A stretch of DNA of 64,000 nucleotides from Ignavibacteriales bacterium (GTDB lineage: Bacteria; Bacteroidota; Ignavibacteria; UBA10030; UBA6906), in assembly GCA_037441705.1 (NCBI GenBank), contig JBBIRR010000010.1, positions 19,597-83,596 on the forward strand. Reading direction: 5' to 3'. Of this stretch, positions 9,836-20,441 are shown in pieces (the stretch's first letter is position 1; each line of letters starts with the position of its first letter). Both the position numbers and the translations under genes were made by a program. The notes under the pieces were generated by a model. It had not been told where the DNA came from, did no database searches, and worked only from the letters and a program-made list of their open reading frames with translations.

Positions 9836-10699
9836 CTACTCGTTGCTTCCGTAAATCTCATCCACGCCATACTTGCTTGCAGCCCAGAGGGCAAGATTGG
9901 TGCAGATGGCAGCGATGGCATGCTTCTCTGCGTCCTTTCGCACGACGAGGTCGTATGTGTCGGCAACGAATTTCATGTTTCTCAAAATCTTGCCGACCTG
10001 CTCGCGCTTGACCGCGCCATGCCAGTACGCCACCTGTGTTTTGATCATCTCGCCGTGACGACGCAACAGCTCGCCCATGGGGAAGACTTTCTGGCTGAGC
10101 GGGGTACGCGGCGCGCAAATCTGGATGAGGTCGTCAAAGTACTCATCCCAATGCGTTGCGAAGGTGTGATTCTCGGGTCTTCGCAGGTAGCGCGCACGCT
10201 CGAGCGAAAACCGCGCTTTGGTCCGCACGCGGAACTTCGGCACCACCGGGTGCAGGTCGTACAGCGTTTCGTGGATATCGGGATCTGCCTCATCGAATTC
10301 CTTGTACGCCCAGCGCCGCTTCAACTGCCGCCAGGTGGCGACACACACAACGGGTGCCTTGCTGCTGTCGAGGTAGATAAAGCGTCCCTTCTCTGCACCC
10401 ACAACCGTAATCCAGTGACCCCACCCATCGACGCAGAGAAGCGCGGGATACCCGCGTTTGAGTGTCAGCAGCAGTTCGTGCTTTGCCCGTAATGCGTTCT
10501 TCTCGCGCACGAATCTGATCGTACATCCGTATGCCTTTGCAGCTTTGCCGAGTTGGATCTCGTCGGTTCCGTACCACCACGTGGAGCCTGCGATCTCGCT
10601 CACCTCTTGTACGTTCACAAACTCCCCGAGCATAATCAGCGCATGCTTCAACGCAAAGGGTCCGCACTGCCATTTATTTGGTTGGGGATAGAGGCTCAT
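9836..10699 (-). CDS. Stand-alone C39-like cysteine peptidase domain protein
   Basis: Q....QCGP (Cys), GT, GHWITV (His), YLDSS (Asp); no ABC domain. Confidence 0.7.
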   Translation of the reverse strand: MSLYPQPNKWQCGPFALKHALIMLGEFVNVQEVSEIAGSTWWYGTDEIQLGKAAKAYGCTIRFVREKNALRAKHELLLTLKRGYPALLCVDGWGHWITVVGAEKGRFIYLDSSKAPVVCVATWRQLKRRWAYKEFDEADPDIHETLYDLHPVVPKFRVRTKARFSLERARYLRRPENHTFATHWDEYFDDLIQICAPRTPLSQKVFPMGELLRRHGEMIKTQVAYWHGAVKREQVGKILRNMKFVADTYDLVVRKDAEKHAIAAICTNLALWAASKYGVDEIYGSNE

Positions 10700-10885
10700 C
10701 GTCTAAGCATTTCCTTCGGTTCGGTTCGTGCACACATCCTACCCACGACGGCTGGTCAATTGTGGGGGAGGAAAAATAGAGAAGAAGAGGAGAAAATCAA
10801 ATAGGAGATTGTCAGAAAAAATCTCCCATTTTTCTTAGGAAATCCGGCCAATGTTTGTTCGGCGCCCCGGGGCGGGGGATTTGTG

Positions 10886-12808
10886 TTACAGATCGAGTGC
10901 GGCCCGTACCTTCAGCAAAAGATCATTAGGGGTGTAAGGCTTCTGCAAAACGTGTTTGGCTCCCATCGCCAGAATCTCCGCTTTCTGGTCGGGGTCGATG
11001 TAGCCGCTCGTAAGCATGAAGCGAACAAAAGGATTGATATGCAGCAGCTGCTGGAACACATCATAGCCGCTGAGCTTCGGCAAACCGAGGTCGGAGAGGA
11101 CAAGATGAATTGCTTCATGATGTTGTCGGTACACTTCTAACGCCTGTTCACCATCTGCGGCCGTGAGGACGTTGTAGCCGTGCGCCTCGAGCACGGATTG
11201 TGCAAGCTCGCGCAAGGGTTCTTCATCCTCAACAATGAGAATCGTCTCCGTCCCCGATGGGAGCGCCTCGGGAACAGATTCGCTCACTCGTTCAGCCTCG
11301 GCGGCGGCGCCTCTGGCAGGCAGATACACGAAGAAGGTTGCGCCCGCTCCTGGCGCGCTCACGACGTCGACAAAGCCGGCGTGACTTTGCACGATGCCGT
11401 ACACGACCGCAAGTCCCAGCCCCGTTCCTTTTCCGCGTTCCTTCGTGGTGAAGAAGGGTTCGAATGCTCTGCGGCGGATCTCCTCGCTCATGCCCGTCCC
11501 GGTGTCCTTCACTTCAACGACGACGTATTTCTGGGAAGCACTGCCGGGGGCCTTGGCCTGCACCTCCTCCTCGGCGGCAAGGCGCGTTCGTAAGGTGAGC
11601 GTTCCTCCCGAGGGCATTGCATCGCGCGCATTGATGCACAGGTTGAGGAGGACTTGATGGAGTTGATTGATGTCTGCCGTGATGAGCGGCAGCTCGCGCG
11701 CAAGATGCGTGGTGATGGTGATCGTCTTGGGAAACGTTTCGGCCAGAAGACGCGCGACGTCGTTCACGACCGTATTGATGTGGGCGGACTCGAGTATGAC
11801 GTCCGTCTTGCGGGCAAACGTGAGAAGCTGGCGCACAAGCCCCGAGCCGCGCTGCGCCGCGCTGATGATTGCATCCATGCCGCGCTTCACACGATCAGGT
11901 GTTGTCCGAAAGCGCTCTACCATCGCCGCGTGCCCGAGGATAATACCGAGGATGTTGTTGAAGTCGTGCGCAATCCCGCCAGCCAGCGTCCCCAAACTTT
12001 CCAGACGTTGGATTTCGGTCAACCGTTTTTCGAGTGCCTTCTGCGCAGTGATGTCGCGGACCATACCGGAAATGATGTCCCCTTCCAGCGACGCACTGAC
12101 CAACACCGTCCTCTCGTGCAGGTGCTTCGTCAGCAACTGCAGTTCGAAGTTCATCACCTTCCCCGATCTCTTCAGCTCATCAAGAAAGCGTTCTCGATCG
12201 GCAATGTTCTTGTAATGTGTCAGGGCATTGCGCGACATCATCTCCTGCTGCGAATCGAATTCGAACATCTGAACCATTGCCGGGTTCACATACAACACAT
12301 CTCCCCAGACATTGCTTTTGAACACACCGACGGTTGCAGTCTCCACGAGATCCTTGAATACCTTCTCTGAGGCGGAAAGGGCACGCTCCAGCTCGGTGCG
12401 TCGTGCAAGATCCTCTTGCAGCAATGCGGTGCGCTCATCAACTTTCTTCTCCAGGTCGTCCTTCAGAGCTTTGAATTTGGAGAGAAGCCAGGCAATGATG
12501 AAAAACATCCCCGTTCGCGAAGCGGCATTCCAGTATGTGAACGCCATACTGGTGCCTCCTTCGTGCCAGAATGCATTGGCCGTAAACCACGTCAATCCGC
12601 ACATCAGACTGACAGCAATTCCTACCCACAGACCGCAAAACCACGTGGAGAACATCACAGGGATCAAATAGAAAATCGTGAACCCAATCTGCGGGCCGGT
12701 GAGGTAGTCCGCCGTGCCAACCAACAGCGCCTGCACGAGGGCAAGCAGAACAACCAGGTTGCGCGAATGCGCGAGACGTTCCGCAAGAATTGTGAGCGTT
12801 ATTGCCAT
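10886..12808 (-). CDS. Hybrid sensor histidine kinase (4TM, PAS, HisKA, HATPase, REC)
   Basis: GGIAHDFNNIL, NLCINARDAM, DTGTGM, FEPFFTTK, GTGLGL; C-terminal receiver IVEDE..SDLGLP..QKP. Confidence 0.93.
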   Translation of the reverse strand: MAITLTILAERLAHSRNLVVLLALVQALLVGTADYLTGPQIGFTIFYLIPVMFSTWFCGLWVGIAVSLMCGLTWFTANAFWHEGGTSMAFTYWNAASRTGMFFIIAWLLSKFKALKDDLEKKVDERTALLQEDLARRTELERALSASEKVFKDLVETATVGVFKSNVWGDVLYVNPAMVQMFEFDSQQEMMSRNALTHYKNIADRERFLDELKRSGKVMNFELQLLTKHLHERTVLVSASLEGDIISGMVRDITAQKALEKRLTEIQRLESLGTLAGGIAHDFNNILGIILGHAAMVERFRTTPDRVKRGMDAIISAAQRGSGLVRQLLTFARKTDVILESAHINTVVNDVARLLAETFPKTITITTHLARELPLITADINQLHQVLLNLCINARDAMPSGGTLTLRTRLAAEEEVQAKAPGSASQKYVVVEVKDTGTGMSEEIRRRAFEPFFTTKERGKGTGLGLAVVYGIVQSHAGFVDVVSAPGAGATFFVYLPARGAAAEAERVSESVPEALPSGTETILIVEDEEPLRELAQSVLEAHGYNVLTAADGEQALEVYRQHHEAIHLVLSDLGLPKLSGYDVFQQLLHINPFVRFMLTSGYIDPDQKAEILAMGAKHVLQKPYTPNDLLLKVRAALDL

Positions 12809-13356
12809 TTCTCTCGTGCATTCCTTCTGATGGACACGACATCCCGAAAGAGCTGGACGACAAGAATGACCACGACTGCGCCGCAAACGGCCACACCGGT
12901 CCAGTGGACGGTAGCCGCCATCGGCTCGGCCGCATCGAGCCGCCCGCGAAGCAGCCAGTGCCAATCGTGAATCAATCCCTCGCGAATCAACCTGAGGTTT
13001 CGGTAGGGGGCGTCGCCAATGTACGCGGCAACGTTCACGAAGTTTTCCCCGAACCAGAACATCGGATACACGGTTTGCCGGGGATGTTCGCGGAACGTGA
13101 CCGCCGCCAGCGCAAGCGGAAGGAGACACTGCATAAGCGATCCTCCGAGGATGGACATTGTTTGACCAAAGATGCGAAAGAACAGATGCCCGGCCTCATG
13201 AATGAACAGGTTCACAACATCCAGAACCCACAAGACGAACGGCGGATGAAAGCCCAGGGGATCGGCAGGGTGATACTCGAAGGCGAGAAACCAGAACAAG
13301 TACGCCAGATAGCAGGCAATCAAGAATCTTGCAGCAAGTGCGCCATAGAGTTTCAC
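12799..13356 (-). CDS. Membrane protein with HExGH motif (M50-like metallopeptidase)
   Basis: FIHEAGH, GGS, YIGDA, HDW; several TM segments. Confidence 0.65.
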   Translation of the reverse strand: MKLYGALAARFLIACYLAYLFWFLAFEYHPADPLGFHPPFVLWVLDVVNLFIHEAGHLFFRIFGQTMSILGGSLMQCLLPLALAAVTFREHPRQTVYPMFWFGENFVNVAAYIGDAPYRNLRLIREGLIHDWHWLLRGRLDAAEPMAATVHWTGVAVCGAVVVILVVQLFRDVVSIRRNAREKWQ

Positions 13357-13370
13357 TGTCCTACCGTCGT

Positions 13371-13865
13371 TTATCTCTTGGTCTCGCGATAGAACAGAAT
13401 CAAATCGGTGCTGACCGGCTGCATGTCTAACTGTCGCAGCATCGTAACAATCTGGCCGCGATGGTAGCTTGAGTGATTGACCAGATGTTGAAATGCCTGC
13501 CAGTACACATGCGTGTACACATCACCCTTGAGCGTCTTCATCTCGAACACTTCTTGCAGTTTCTTGTCGGACATCGTCCCGATCCATCGCGCCATTTCAT
13601 AGCCTACATCTTCCCAGATCGTCCGCAGAGCGGAAGCGGAAGCGATCTCTTCGGCCTTCAGGAACGGCTGAGGGTTCCCGATGAAGCGTTCCAGCCAGAT
13701 CTTCTCGGCGCCAACCATGTGCGTGAGCGTGCCGTGAATGCTGCCGTGACTTGCCTTCATGTCCTTCTTGTACTGCTCCTCCGTCAGCCGCTGGACGGCA
13801 TCGAAGATCCGGTTGTTCGCCCACGCGTTGTACGCGTGCAGCATCTTCACTTCCTGGAGTGTCAT
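13371..13865 (-). CDS. DinB family protein
   Basis: YNAWAN, SIHGTL.H, HLVNHSSYHRGQ. Confidence 0.9.
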   Translation of the reverse strand: MTLQEVKMLHAYNAWANNRIFDAVQRLTEEQYKKDMKASHGSIHGTLTHMVGAEKIWLERFIGNPQPFLKAEEIASASALRTIWEDVGYEMARWIGTMSDKKLQEVFEMKTLKGDVYTHVYWQAFQHLVNHSSYHRGQIVTMLRQLDMQPVSTDLILFYRETKR

Positions 13866-13883
13866 GGCGCACCTGTGGTTGTG

Positions 13884-14576
13884 TTACTTCGTCATGGTGA
13901 AAACATTGTAGGCGAGAATAACGGCGAAGAGGATGAATGCTCCCCCGGCAAACTTGAAGATGGTGGTGATCAATGTCGCGGAGAGCTTAGCATGATGTTT
14001 CATGATGAACCGCAACATGACGGCGAACCACAGCGTGGTGCCGATGCCGAACCCGATGGAGTAGAAGAGGCTCGCGCTGAACGAACGCTCGAGGATGCCC
14101 TGCGCGTGAAGATAGCTGATAACGGCGATCATCGAAGGAAGGAATGTTGGGGTAGCAAGGTTCGTGAATGCGATGAGCGTCCCGAGGAACAAGGGCGAGC
14201 CGTGACCGATCCTGCGTGCGCGTTCCTCCTGTGCCCGCTCCCGCTCGATGATGTGGCGTTCGGCTTTCGGATCGTGTTTGTCCATCAAATAGCGTATCCC
14301 CAACACCATCAGAATTAGAAAGCACAGAATCTGAAACAGAATGGATACCCACCGATTCTCCAGAAAGAAGCTACTGAGCCAGACAACGAGAGCCGATGAG
14401 GCAAAGGCGGCAAGCAAGTTATAGAACACATCCATCACAGCAGCGCCGGTGCCGACAAGCATCGCCTCTTTGTAATGCTTGCTGACCGCCTTCTTCATGA
14501 AGGCAAGGGCGAGCGGTCCAGGAGGAATGGAGAGCGTGAAGCCGAGGAGAATTCCGAGAACCAGAGCGGCGATCAT
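13884..14576 (-). CDS. LysE family translocator
   Basis: SIPPGP, G..D, L...GI.., TN...P, W; about 6 TM. Confidence 0.82.
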   Translation of the reverse strand: MIAALVLGILLGFTLSIPPGPLALAFMKKAVSKHYKEAMLVGTGAAVMDVFYNLLAAFASSALVVWLSSFFLENRWVSILFQILCFLILMVLGIRYLMDKHDPKAERHIIERERAQEERARRIGHGSPLFLGTLIAFTNLATPTFLPSMIAVISYLHAQGILERSFSASLFYSIGFGIGTTLWFAVMLRFIMKHHAKLSATLITTIFKFAGGAFILFAVILAYNVFTMTK

Positions 14577-14617
14577 GATGTTATGCGTACTGTGGCGGAT
14601 GATGCATGGTGATCTCC

Positions 14618-16480
14618 TCAGAACACAATACCCTCTTGGAGGACCCGTTCCCTCATGAGCTGAACCCGCACCTTCAACTCGGCCATGAGCGATTGGAATC
14701 CTGCGTCGGCATGGAGATTCTCCAACCGAGGGTCCACTACGAGCCAGCGATAGTCTCTCCACCCTCGTGCTATCGCCTTGCTCAGCCACCGATTGGCTTC
14801 TTGAAGATTGCCCAGCATCGAGTAAACGTAAACAACACCGAGGACGGGCAGCTCATCGCCTTTTTCAGCGACTTCAGCGAGAAGGCGCTTCAAATCCGTC
14901 TCGAGCAATTGAGTAGCCCTCCGATGTTCTCCCAACTTCTGAAGAGCAAACGCAAGCTGGAACGCCGATTCAACCATTCCCTGAGAATAGAGCGTGTCGT
15001 AGTACGCGGCGGCCTTTGCATAATTTCCGGAAAACGTCTCCACCTCTGCAAGATAGTCGAGGACGAGATGAGTATCGGGCGTACGGCGCAGGAGCGTGTC
15101 GCGCACCGCTTGCGCCCGAGAAAGCTCACCGCGTGTCAGATGCAGCCAGCCGAGCTGCATGTATGCATATTGCTGGTTCGGATCGAGCGCAAGGGCGCGA
15201 CGGTACGCGCGAAACGCGGCGCTGTCCAATTCCAGAATCTGATACACCAACGCCATGGTGATGTGGATGTACGGCCGTTCCGGTGCCAGGGTCACAGCCT
15301 TGTTCAACAGCGAGATCGCGGTATCAAGATTCCCTCGCCGCTTGTAGATATCGGCGAGATTGGTAATCACCGATGCATAGTTGGGATTAAGCCGGAGGGC
15401 TGTCTTGTATGCCTCGAGAGCTTTATCCTGCCACGCCTTCGCGTCATAGGCCAGGCCGAGTGCCTTATAGCCTTCGGCCAGATTAGGATCCAGCTCGATG
15501 GCGGTGAGACTTGCTGCGAGCGCTGAATCGATCCACGTCTTAGGGTACTCGAATTTGTAGACACGCTGCGAGTAGGCATCGGCAAGGCCGGCGTAGGCGA
15601 TGGCATAGTGGGGGTCGAGACCGATTGCCTTGCGAAAATATTCAATGGCGATCTCGTTATCGTCCTTGCTGTACCGATAGTAATGCTCTCGACCTTTCAG
15701 GTACAGAGCATACGCGTCGAGATTTGTTGTCGGGGTAGTCTGGATCAGACGCAGCTCTTGAGGCGAGAGTGTAGCTTGGAGAGACGCGGCGATTTTCTGC
15801 GCGACTTCGCTCTGAATCGAGAAAATATCCTTCAGCTCTCGATCATACGTTTCCGACCATAGATGCTGATCGCTTTGGGCATCAATCAACTGGGCGACGA
15901 TTCGGACCCGGTTGCCCGTCCTCCTGAAACTTCCTTCCAGCACAACACCGGCACCCAGCTCTTCAGCTATTTCCGGGATGCTTTTTTGGACGTCCTTGTA
16001 CTTCATCGCCGAGGTTCTGGAGATGACGTTCAGGTCGCCGATCTTTGAGAGTTGTGTCAGAATATCCTCCATGACGCCGTCGCTGAAGAACTCATCCTCT
16101 TTGCTGTCGCTGAAATTCTTGAACGGAAGCACGGCAATCGTGCGCTCCTTCGGCGGAAGCTTTGCGCGGCGTGTTGCGCTTCCGACATTGAGGGAAACGA
16201 CGAGGGCAACAACGCCAATGACGGAATGCATCACGATTTCGCGTACGCGTACGTTCTGCGGCCCTTCCTTGCCGTGATACCACGCAACCAGAAAGGCGCT
16301 GGCAAGGCCGCACGTTGCCAGCGTTACCACCACCGGGAAAATACGCGGCGGAAGGCCGTACACGTCGGTGAACAGACGAACAATCCCGATCGTTGTCAGG
16401 GCCGAACTCATGTAAATCGCCAGCGTCTTCCGAACGTTGCGCGCCTGCAGCTCATTGAAGAAGCTCTTCACGACGGGCAT
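14618..16480 (-). CDS. Membrane-anchored TolB-like/FlgO domain plus TPR protein
   Basis: Three N-terminal TMs; IAVLPFKN.S..DE.FSDG, VISRTS, LEGS.R..G.RVRI.AQLIDA; TPR repeats. Confidence 0.85.
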   Translation of the reverse strand: MPVVKSFFNELQARNVRKTLAIYMSSALTTIGIVRLFTDVYGLPPRIFPVVVTLATCGLASAFLVAWYHGKEGPQNVRVREIVMHSVIGVVALVVSLNVGSATRRAKLPPKERTIAVLPFKNFSDSKEDEFFSDGVMEDILTQLSKIGDLNVISRTSAMKYKDVQKSIPEIAEELGAGVVLEGSFRRTGNRVRIVAQLIDAQSDQHLWSETYDRELKDIFSIQSEVAQKIAASLQATLSPQELRLIQTTPTTNLDAYALYLKGREHYYRYSKDDNEIAIEYFRKAIGLDPHYAIAYAGLADAYSQRVYKFEYPKTWIDSALAASLTAIELDPNLAEGYKALGLAYDAKAWQDKALEAYKTALRLNPNYASVITNLADIYKRRGNLDTAISLLNKAVTLAPERPYIHITMALVYQILELDSAAFRAYRRALALDPNQQYAYMQLGWLHLTRGELSRAQAVRDTLLRRTPDTHLVLDYLAEVETFSGNYAKAAAYYDTLYSQGMVESAFQLAFALQKLGEHRRATQLLETDLKRLLAEVAEKGDELPVLGVVYVYSMLGNLQEANRWLSKAIARGWRDYRWLVVDPRLENLHADAGFQSLMAELKVRVQLMRERVLQEGIVF

Positions 16481-16641
16481 GGACAGTGATCGAGGTGGTG
16501 CTTGCGTGCTTGAGGATGGACGTGGCCCAACCGGGTTCAAAATACGGATTACACCTGCAATGTGCAACGCCGTTGCTTCTCAGCCACGTACTTCCTACCT
16601 TTGAACAGCCAATCCTGTTCTACCATCACCAGATCGTTCCC

Positions 16642-17454
16642 ATGCGTGAATATCTTGACCTCGTCGAACGTGTTCTGACCAACGGGACGTACAAGAAGAA
16701 CCGCACCGGCGTTGATACCCTTTCCTGCTTTGCCGAGCACTACATGGTTGACTTGAGCAAGGGTTTTCCGTTGCTCACCACGAAGAAGGTCAACTTCAAG
16801 GCGATGCTGCATGAAGTTCTGTGGTACCTTTCGGGGGAAGATCATATTCGCAATCTGCGGCAGCATACGAGAATCTGGGACGCATGGGCGGACGAAAACG
16901 GCAATCTTGAGACGGCCTACGGTCGGTACTGGCGGCGTTTCCCAAGCGCACAGATCAATCCCCAGACCGGAACGTATGAGGTGGTGGAGATTGATCAGAT
17001 CGGAAAGATCATCGAGCTGCTGAAGACGGACCCGAACTCGCGTCGGATGGTGGTGACCGCCTGGGAGCCGGGCAACGCGCTGAACAGCAAGCTGCCGCCG
17101 TGTCACTACACGTTTGCCTTCAACGTGCAGGGAAGGAAGCTCAACTGCCATCTCACGCAGCGCTCCGGGGATATCGCCATCGGCGTTCCGTTCAATCTTG
17201 CCGCGTATGCGCTGCTGACGCAGATTCTCGCGCAGGAGTGCGGGTTCGAGTTGGGCTTCTTCAGTCATACCATCGTTGACGCCCACATTTATGTGAACCA
17301 CATTGAAGGCTTGAAGGAACAGCTGAAGCGGACGCCGAAGCCTCTCCCGCGTCTGGAAATCGCGCGCAAACCGATCGACGAACTACGCTTTGAAGATTTT
17401 TCGTTGATCGGGTATGAGTGTTACGAGCCGATAAAGTTCGAGGTCGCGGTGTGA
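16642..17454 (+). CDS. thyA: Thymidylate synthase
   Basis: RTGV.T, FPLLTTKK, SRR, LPPCH, QRS.D..GVPFN.A.Y, DAHIY.NH. Confidence 0.97.
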   Translation: MREYLDLVERVLTNGTYKKNRTGVDTLSCFAEHYMVDLSKGFPLLTTKKVNFKAMLHEVLWYLSGEDHIRNLRQHTRIWDAWADENGNLETAYGRYWRRFPSAQINPQTGTYEVVEIDQIGKIIELLKTDPNSRRMVVTAWEPGNALNSKLPPCHYTFAFNVQGRKLNCHLTQRSGDIAIGVPFNLAAYALLTQILAQECGFELGFFSHTIVDAHIYVNHIEGLKEQLKRTPKPLPRLEIARKPIDELRFEDFSLIGYECYEPIKFEVAV

Positions 17455-17924
17455 TTCTTGCCATCATCGCGGCCATCGGCAAGAACCGGGTGATCGGGAA
17501 GGAGGGGAAGCTGCCGTGGCACATTTCCGACGATCTCAAGCGCTTCAAACATCTCACGACGGGACACACGGTGATCATGGGGCGCAGGACGTTCGAATCG
17601 CTCGGCAAGCCGCTGCCTCACCGCCGCAATGTCGTCATCACCTCTCGTTCGATCCCTCATGTCGAAACCTACCCGTCTGTTGATGCCGCACTGCATGCGC
17701 TCGCGCATGAGGAGCGTGTCTTCGTGATCGGGGGAGCGCAACTGTATGCCCAGACGCTCGAGCGGGCAGACGAGCTGTACCTGACGATGGTGGAAGGCGA
17801 GTACGATGGCGACACGTTCTTTCCCGCGTATGAACATATCGTCGAGGCGCGCTTTCGCGCGATCCGCACAGAGAAACATGAGGGGTACACGTTTGTTGAC
17901 TATGTGCGGAATACAACGCGCTGA
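17451..17924 (+). CDS. folA: Dihydrofolate reductase
   Basis: IAAIGKNRVIG..GKLPWH..DL..FK, MGRRTFES, PLP.R.N, IGGAQLY, GDTFFP; GTG start overlaps the thyA stop. Confidence 0.96.
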   Translation: MILAIIAAIGKNRVIGKEGKLPWHISDDLKRFKHLTTGHTVIMGRRTFESLGKPLPHRRNVVITSRSIPHVETYPSVDAALHALAHEERVFVIGGAQLYAQTLERADELYLTMVEGEYDGDTFFPAYEHIVEARFRAIRTEKHEGYTFVDYVRNTTR

Positions 17925-17996
17925 TTGCCGTTGCCTTCCTTCCATGTTTTCGCTACATTGATACGGGCACATTCTCACGCGTTCTTTCATTCCTCC

Positions 17997-18782
17997 ATGC
18001 ACGCCTTACGGGTAGACAACATCTCGTTCGCATATCGGCGCGGCTCTCCGACGTTGAGGAATGTTTCGTTCGCTGTCCACAAGGGGGAGTTCCTGAGCCT
18101 GGTTGGTCCGAACGGTGCCGGGAAGTCCACACTGCTGAGATTGCTCGATCGAATTCTCCTGCCTGATGAGGGGAACATTTTCTTGGGCGAACAGAGGCTG
18201 ACAGGCTTCTCGCGAACCGAACTGGCACGCCGCATCGCGTTCATTCCACAGGAGGCAGGCATTCTGTTTCCGTTCACCGTTGCCGAAGTGGTGTTGATGG
18301 GCCGCTCGCCGCACACGCACGGCGCAATGTTCGAGAACGAGACCGACCGGCAGATTGCACGCGATATGATGCGCCTGACCGACACGCTGCATATCGCCGA
18401 CCAGCCCGTAACGGCGATTTCCGGAGGCGAACGACAGCGGGTTTTCATCGCGCGGGCGCTTGCCCAACAGCCCGACATTCTGTTGATGGACGAGCCGAAC
18501 GCCCATCTCGACATCGCCCACCAGCTCGAGACGTTTTCTCTCATCAAGAAGCTCAATCTCGAACAGAAGCTGACGGTCGTCTGTGTCTCGCATGATTTGA
18601 ATCTTGCGGCAACGTACAGCGACCGGATCGGCATCCTCGTGTGTGGTTCATTGACAGCGTTAGGAACCCCACACGAGGTGCTGACGGAAAGCACCATACG
18701 CTCGGCGTTCCAGGCGTCGGTGATCGTGGATCGGCATCCGACGAAGGACGCTCCGCGTATTTCACTTCTTCCTCTCTCTTGA
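17997..18782 (+). CDS. ABC transporter ATP-binding protein (iron-siderophore/cobalamin type)
   Basis: GPNGAGKST, ISGGERQRV.IARALAQ, MDEP..HLD..HQ, HDLN.A. Confidence 0.92.
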   Translation: MHALRVDNISFAYRRGSPTLRNVSFAVHKGEFLSLVGPNGAGKSTLLRLLDRILLPDEGNIFLGEQRLTGFSRTELARRIAFIPQEAGILFPFTVAEVVLMGRSPHTHGAMFENETDRQIARDMMRLTDTLHIADQPVTAISGGERQRVFIARALAQQPDILLMDEPNAHLDIAHQLETFSLIKKLNLEQKLTVVCVSHDLNLAATYSDRIGILVCGSLTALGTPHEVLTESTIRSAFQASVIVDRHPTKDAPRISLLPLS

Positions 18783-18795
18783 CGAAAGAACTCTC

Positions 18796-19914
18796 ATGGG
18801 CATCTTTGAACAACTCCAGAAACGCGAGCATGAACAGGTTGTCTTCTGCTCCGACATCCCGTCGGGTCTCAAGGCAATCATTGCCATTCACAATACCAAT
18901 CTTGGTCCCGCGCTTGGCGGCACGCGCATGTGGACCTACGCAGCGGACGACGAGGCGTTGATCGACGTCCTGCGTCTCTCGCGCGGCATGACGTACAAGG
19001 CAGCCGTTGCCGGCCTGAATCTGGGCGGCGGCAAGGCCGTCATCATCGGTGATCCCAATAAGGACAAGACCGAGGCGATGTTTCGCGCCTTCGGTCGCTT
19101 TGTGGAGGGACTTGCGGGACGCTACATCACGGCCGAGGATGTGGGGACCGACGTGCGGGATATGGAATATGTGCGGATGGAAACGAAGTACGTGACGGGC
19201 ATCGACAAGGCGCTCGGCGGAAGCGGCGATCCTTCTCCGGTCACGGCCTTCGGCGTGTATGTGGGTATGAAGGCCAGCATGAAGGAATTGACCGGCAACG
19301 ACTCGCTTGCCGGCAAGAAGGTTGCGGTGCAAGGGGCGGGGCATGTTGCGCAGTACGTGTGCGAGCATCTCGCCAAAGAAGGAGCCAAAATTGTTCTCTG
19401 CGATATTTTCCCCGACAAGGCCAGGCGTGTGGCGGAAAAAGTGAAGGCAGAGGTGGTCGATCCGCAGCGCATCTACGACGTGGATGCCGATGTGTTCTGC
19501 CCGTGTGCGCTGGGCGCCGTCGTGAACGATGAGACCATCCCGCGCTTCAAGTTCAAGATCATCGCCGGCGGTGCCAACAATCAGCTGGCCGATGAGCAGA
19601 AGCACGGCCGCGTGTTGATGGAAAAGGGGATCCTCTACGCGCCGGATTATGCCATCAATGCCGGCGGCCTGATAAACGTGTCGAATGAGCTTGAGGGATA
19701 TTCACAAGAACGGGCGCTCAAGCAGGCGGAGGGAATCTACGACACGATGCTGAAGATTTACACCATCTCGAAACGGGAAAATGTCCCCACGTTGGAGGCC
19801 TCCAATCGCCTTGCGGAACAGCGGATCAGCGCGATCGGACGCATCAAGTCGATCTATGCGGGGAAATCCCAGTTTGTAGGACGGCTGGGTGAGAACGATT
19901 TCGGCAAGCGGTGA
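18796..19914 (+). CDS. Leucine dehydrogenase (Glu/Leu/Phe/Val dehydrogenase family)
   Basis: LGPALGGTRM, LSRGMTYK, GGGKAVI, YITAEDVG, GDPSPVTA.GV, GGANNQL. Confidence 0.93.
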   Translation: MGIFEQLQKREHEQVVFCSDIPSGLKAIIAIHNTNLGPALGGTRMWTYAADDEALIDVLRLSRGMTYKAAVAGLNLGGGKAVIIGDPNKDKTEAMFRAFGRFVEGLAGRYITAEDVGTDVRDMEYVRMETKYVTGIDKALGGSGDPSPVTAFGVYVGMKASMKELTGNDSLAGKKVAVQGAGHVAQYVCEHLAKEGAKIVLCDIFPDKARRVAEKVKAEVVDPQRIYDVDADVFCPCALGAVVNDETIPRFKFKIIAGGANNQLADEQKHGRVLMEKGILYAPDYAINAGGLINVSNELEGYSQERALKQAEGIYDTMLKIYTISKRENVPTLEASNRLAEQRISAIGRIKSIYAGKSQFVGRLGENDFGKR

Positions 19915-19920
19915 GGGCAC

Positions 19921-20421
19921 ATGAAGGGCAGAAACATCCGTCGGCGGATCGTTCGCGAAAAAGTGATGCAGGCGTTGTACGCATACGAAATCGCGAAGGA
20001 TCCGCCCGAGCATGTCATCAAACATATCCTTGCGGGTCTTGAGGACAACAAGGATGCGCATGCGTTTGCCCGGCAGCTCGTTCTTACGACGATCACGCAC
20101 GCGCCCGAGCTGGATCGGATCATTCGATCGAAAGTGACGAACTGGGACTTTCGTCGCATCGCCGTGATTGACCGCCTGATCTTGCGTATGGGGATTTGCG
20201 AGCTGCTCTATTTCAAGGAGATTCCGCCGAAAGTATCCATGAATGAAGCGATTGAACTTGCCAAGTTGTTCAGCACCGAGAAAAGCGGACAGTTCGTCAA
20301 CGGCATTCTGGATGCAGTGTTAGAGGACGTGAAGAAAACAGGCGAGCTGACCAAAGCCGGACGAGGTTTATTTGAAGGCGCGGGGCCGCGCGCCAACAAA
20401 GCCAAATCGCCGAAGAGTTAG
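19921..20421 (+). CDS. nusB: Transcription antitermination factor NusB
   Basis: RR..RE..MQALY, W...R...DR.ILR, P.KV..NEAIELAK.FS..S..FVNGILD. Confidence 0.96.
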   Translation: MKGRNIRRRIVREKVMQALYAYEIAKDPPEHVIKHILAGLEDNKDAHAFARQLVLTTITHAPELDRIIRSKVTNWDFRRIAVIDRLILRMGICELLYFKEIPPKVSMNEAIELAKLFSTEKSGQFVNGILDAVLEDVKKTGELTKAGRGLFEGAGPRANKAKSPKS

Positions 20422-20441
20422 TTTCTCCTTCCCTGACGTTC

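Noticed and set aside
12809-13129. N-terminal 107-aa extension of the histidine kinase ORF
   Set aside because: Overlaps the real upstream membrane-protein gene in another frame; the true start is probably 12808
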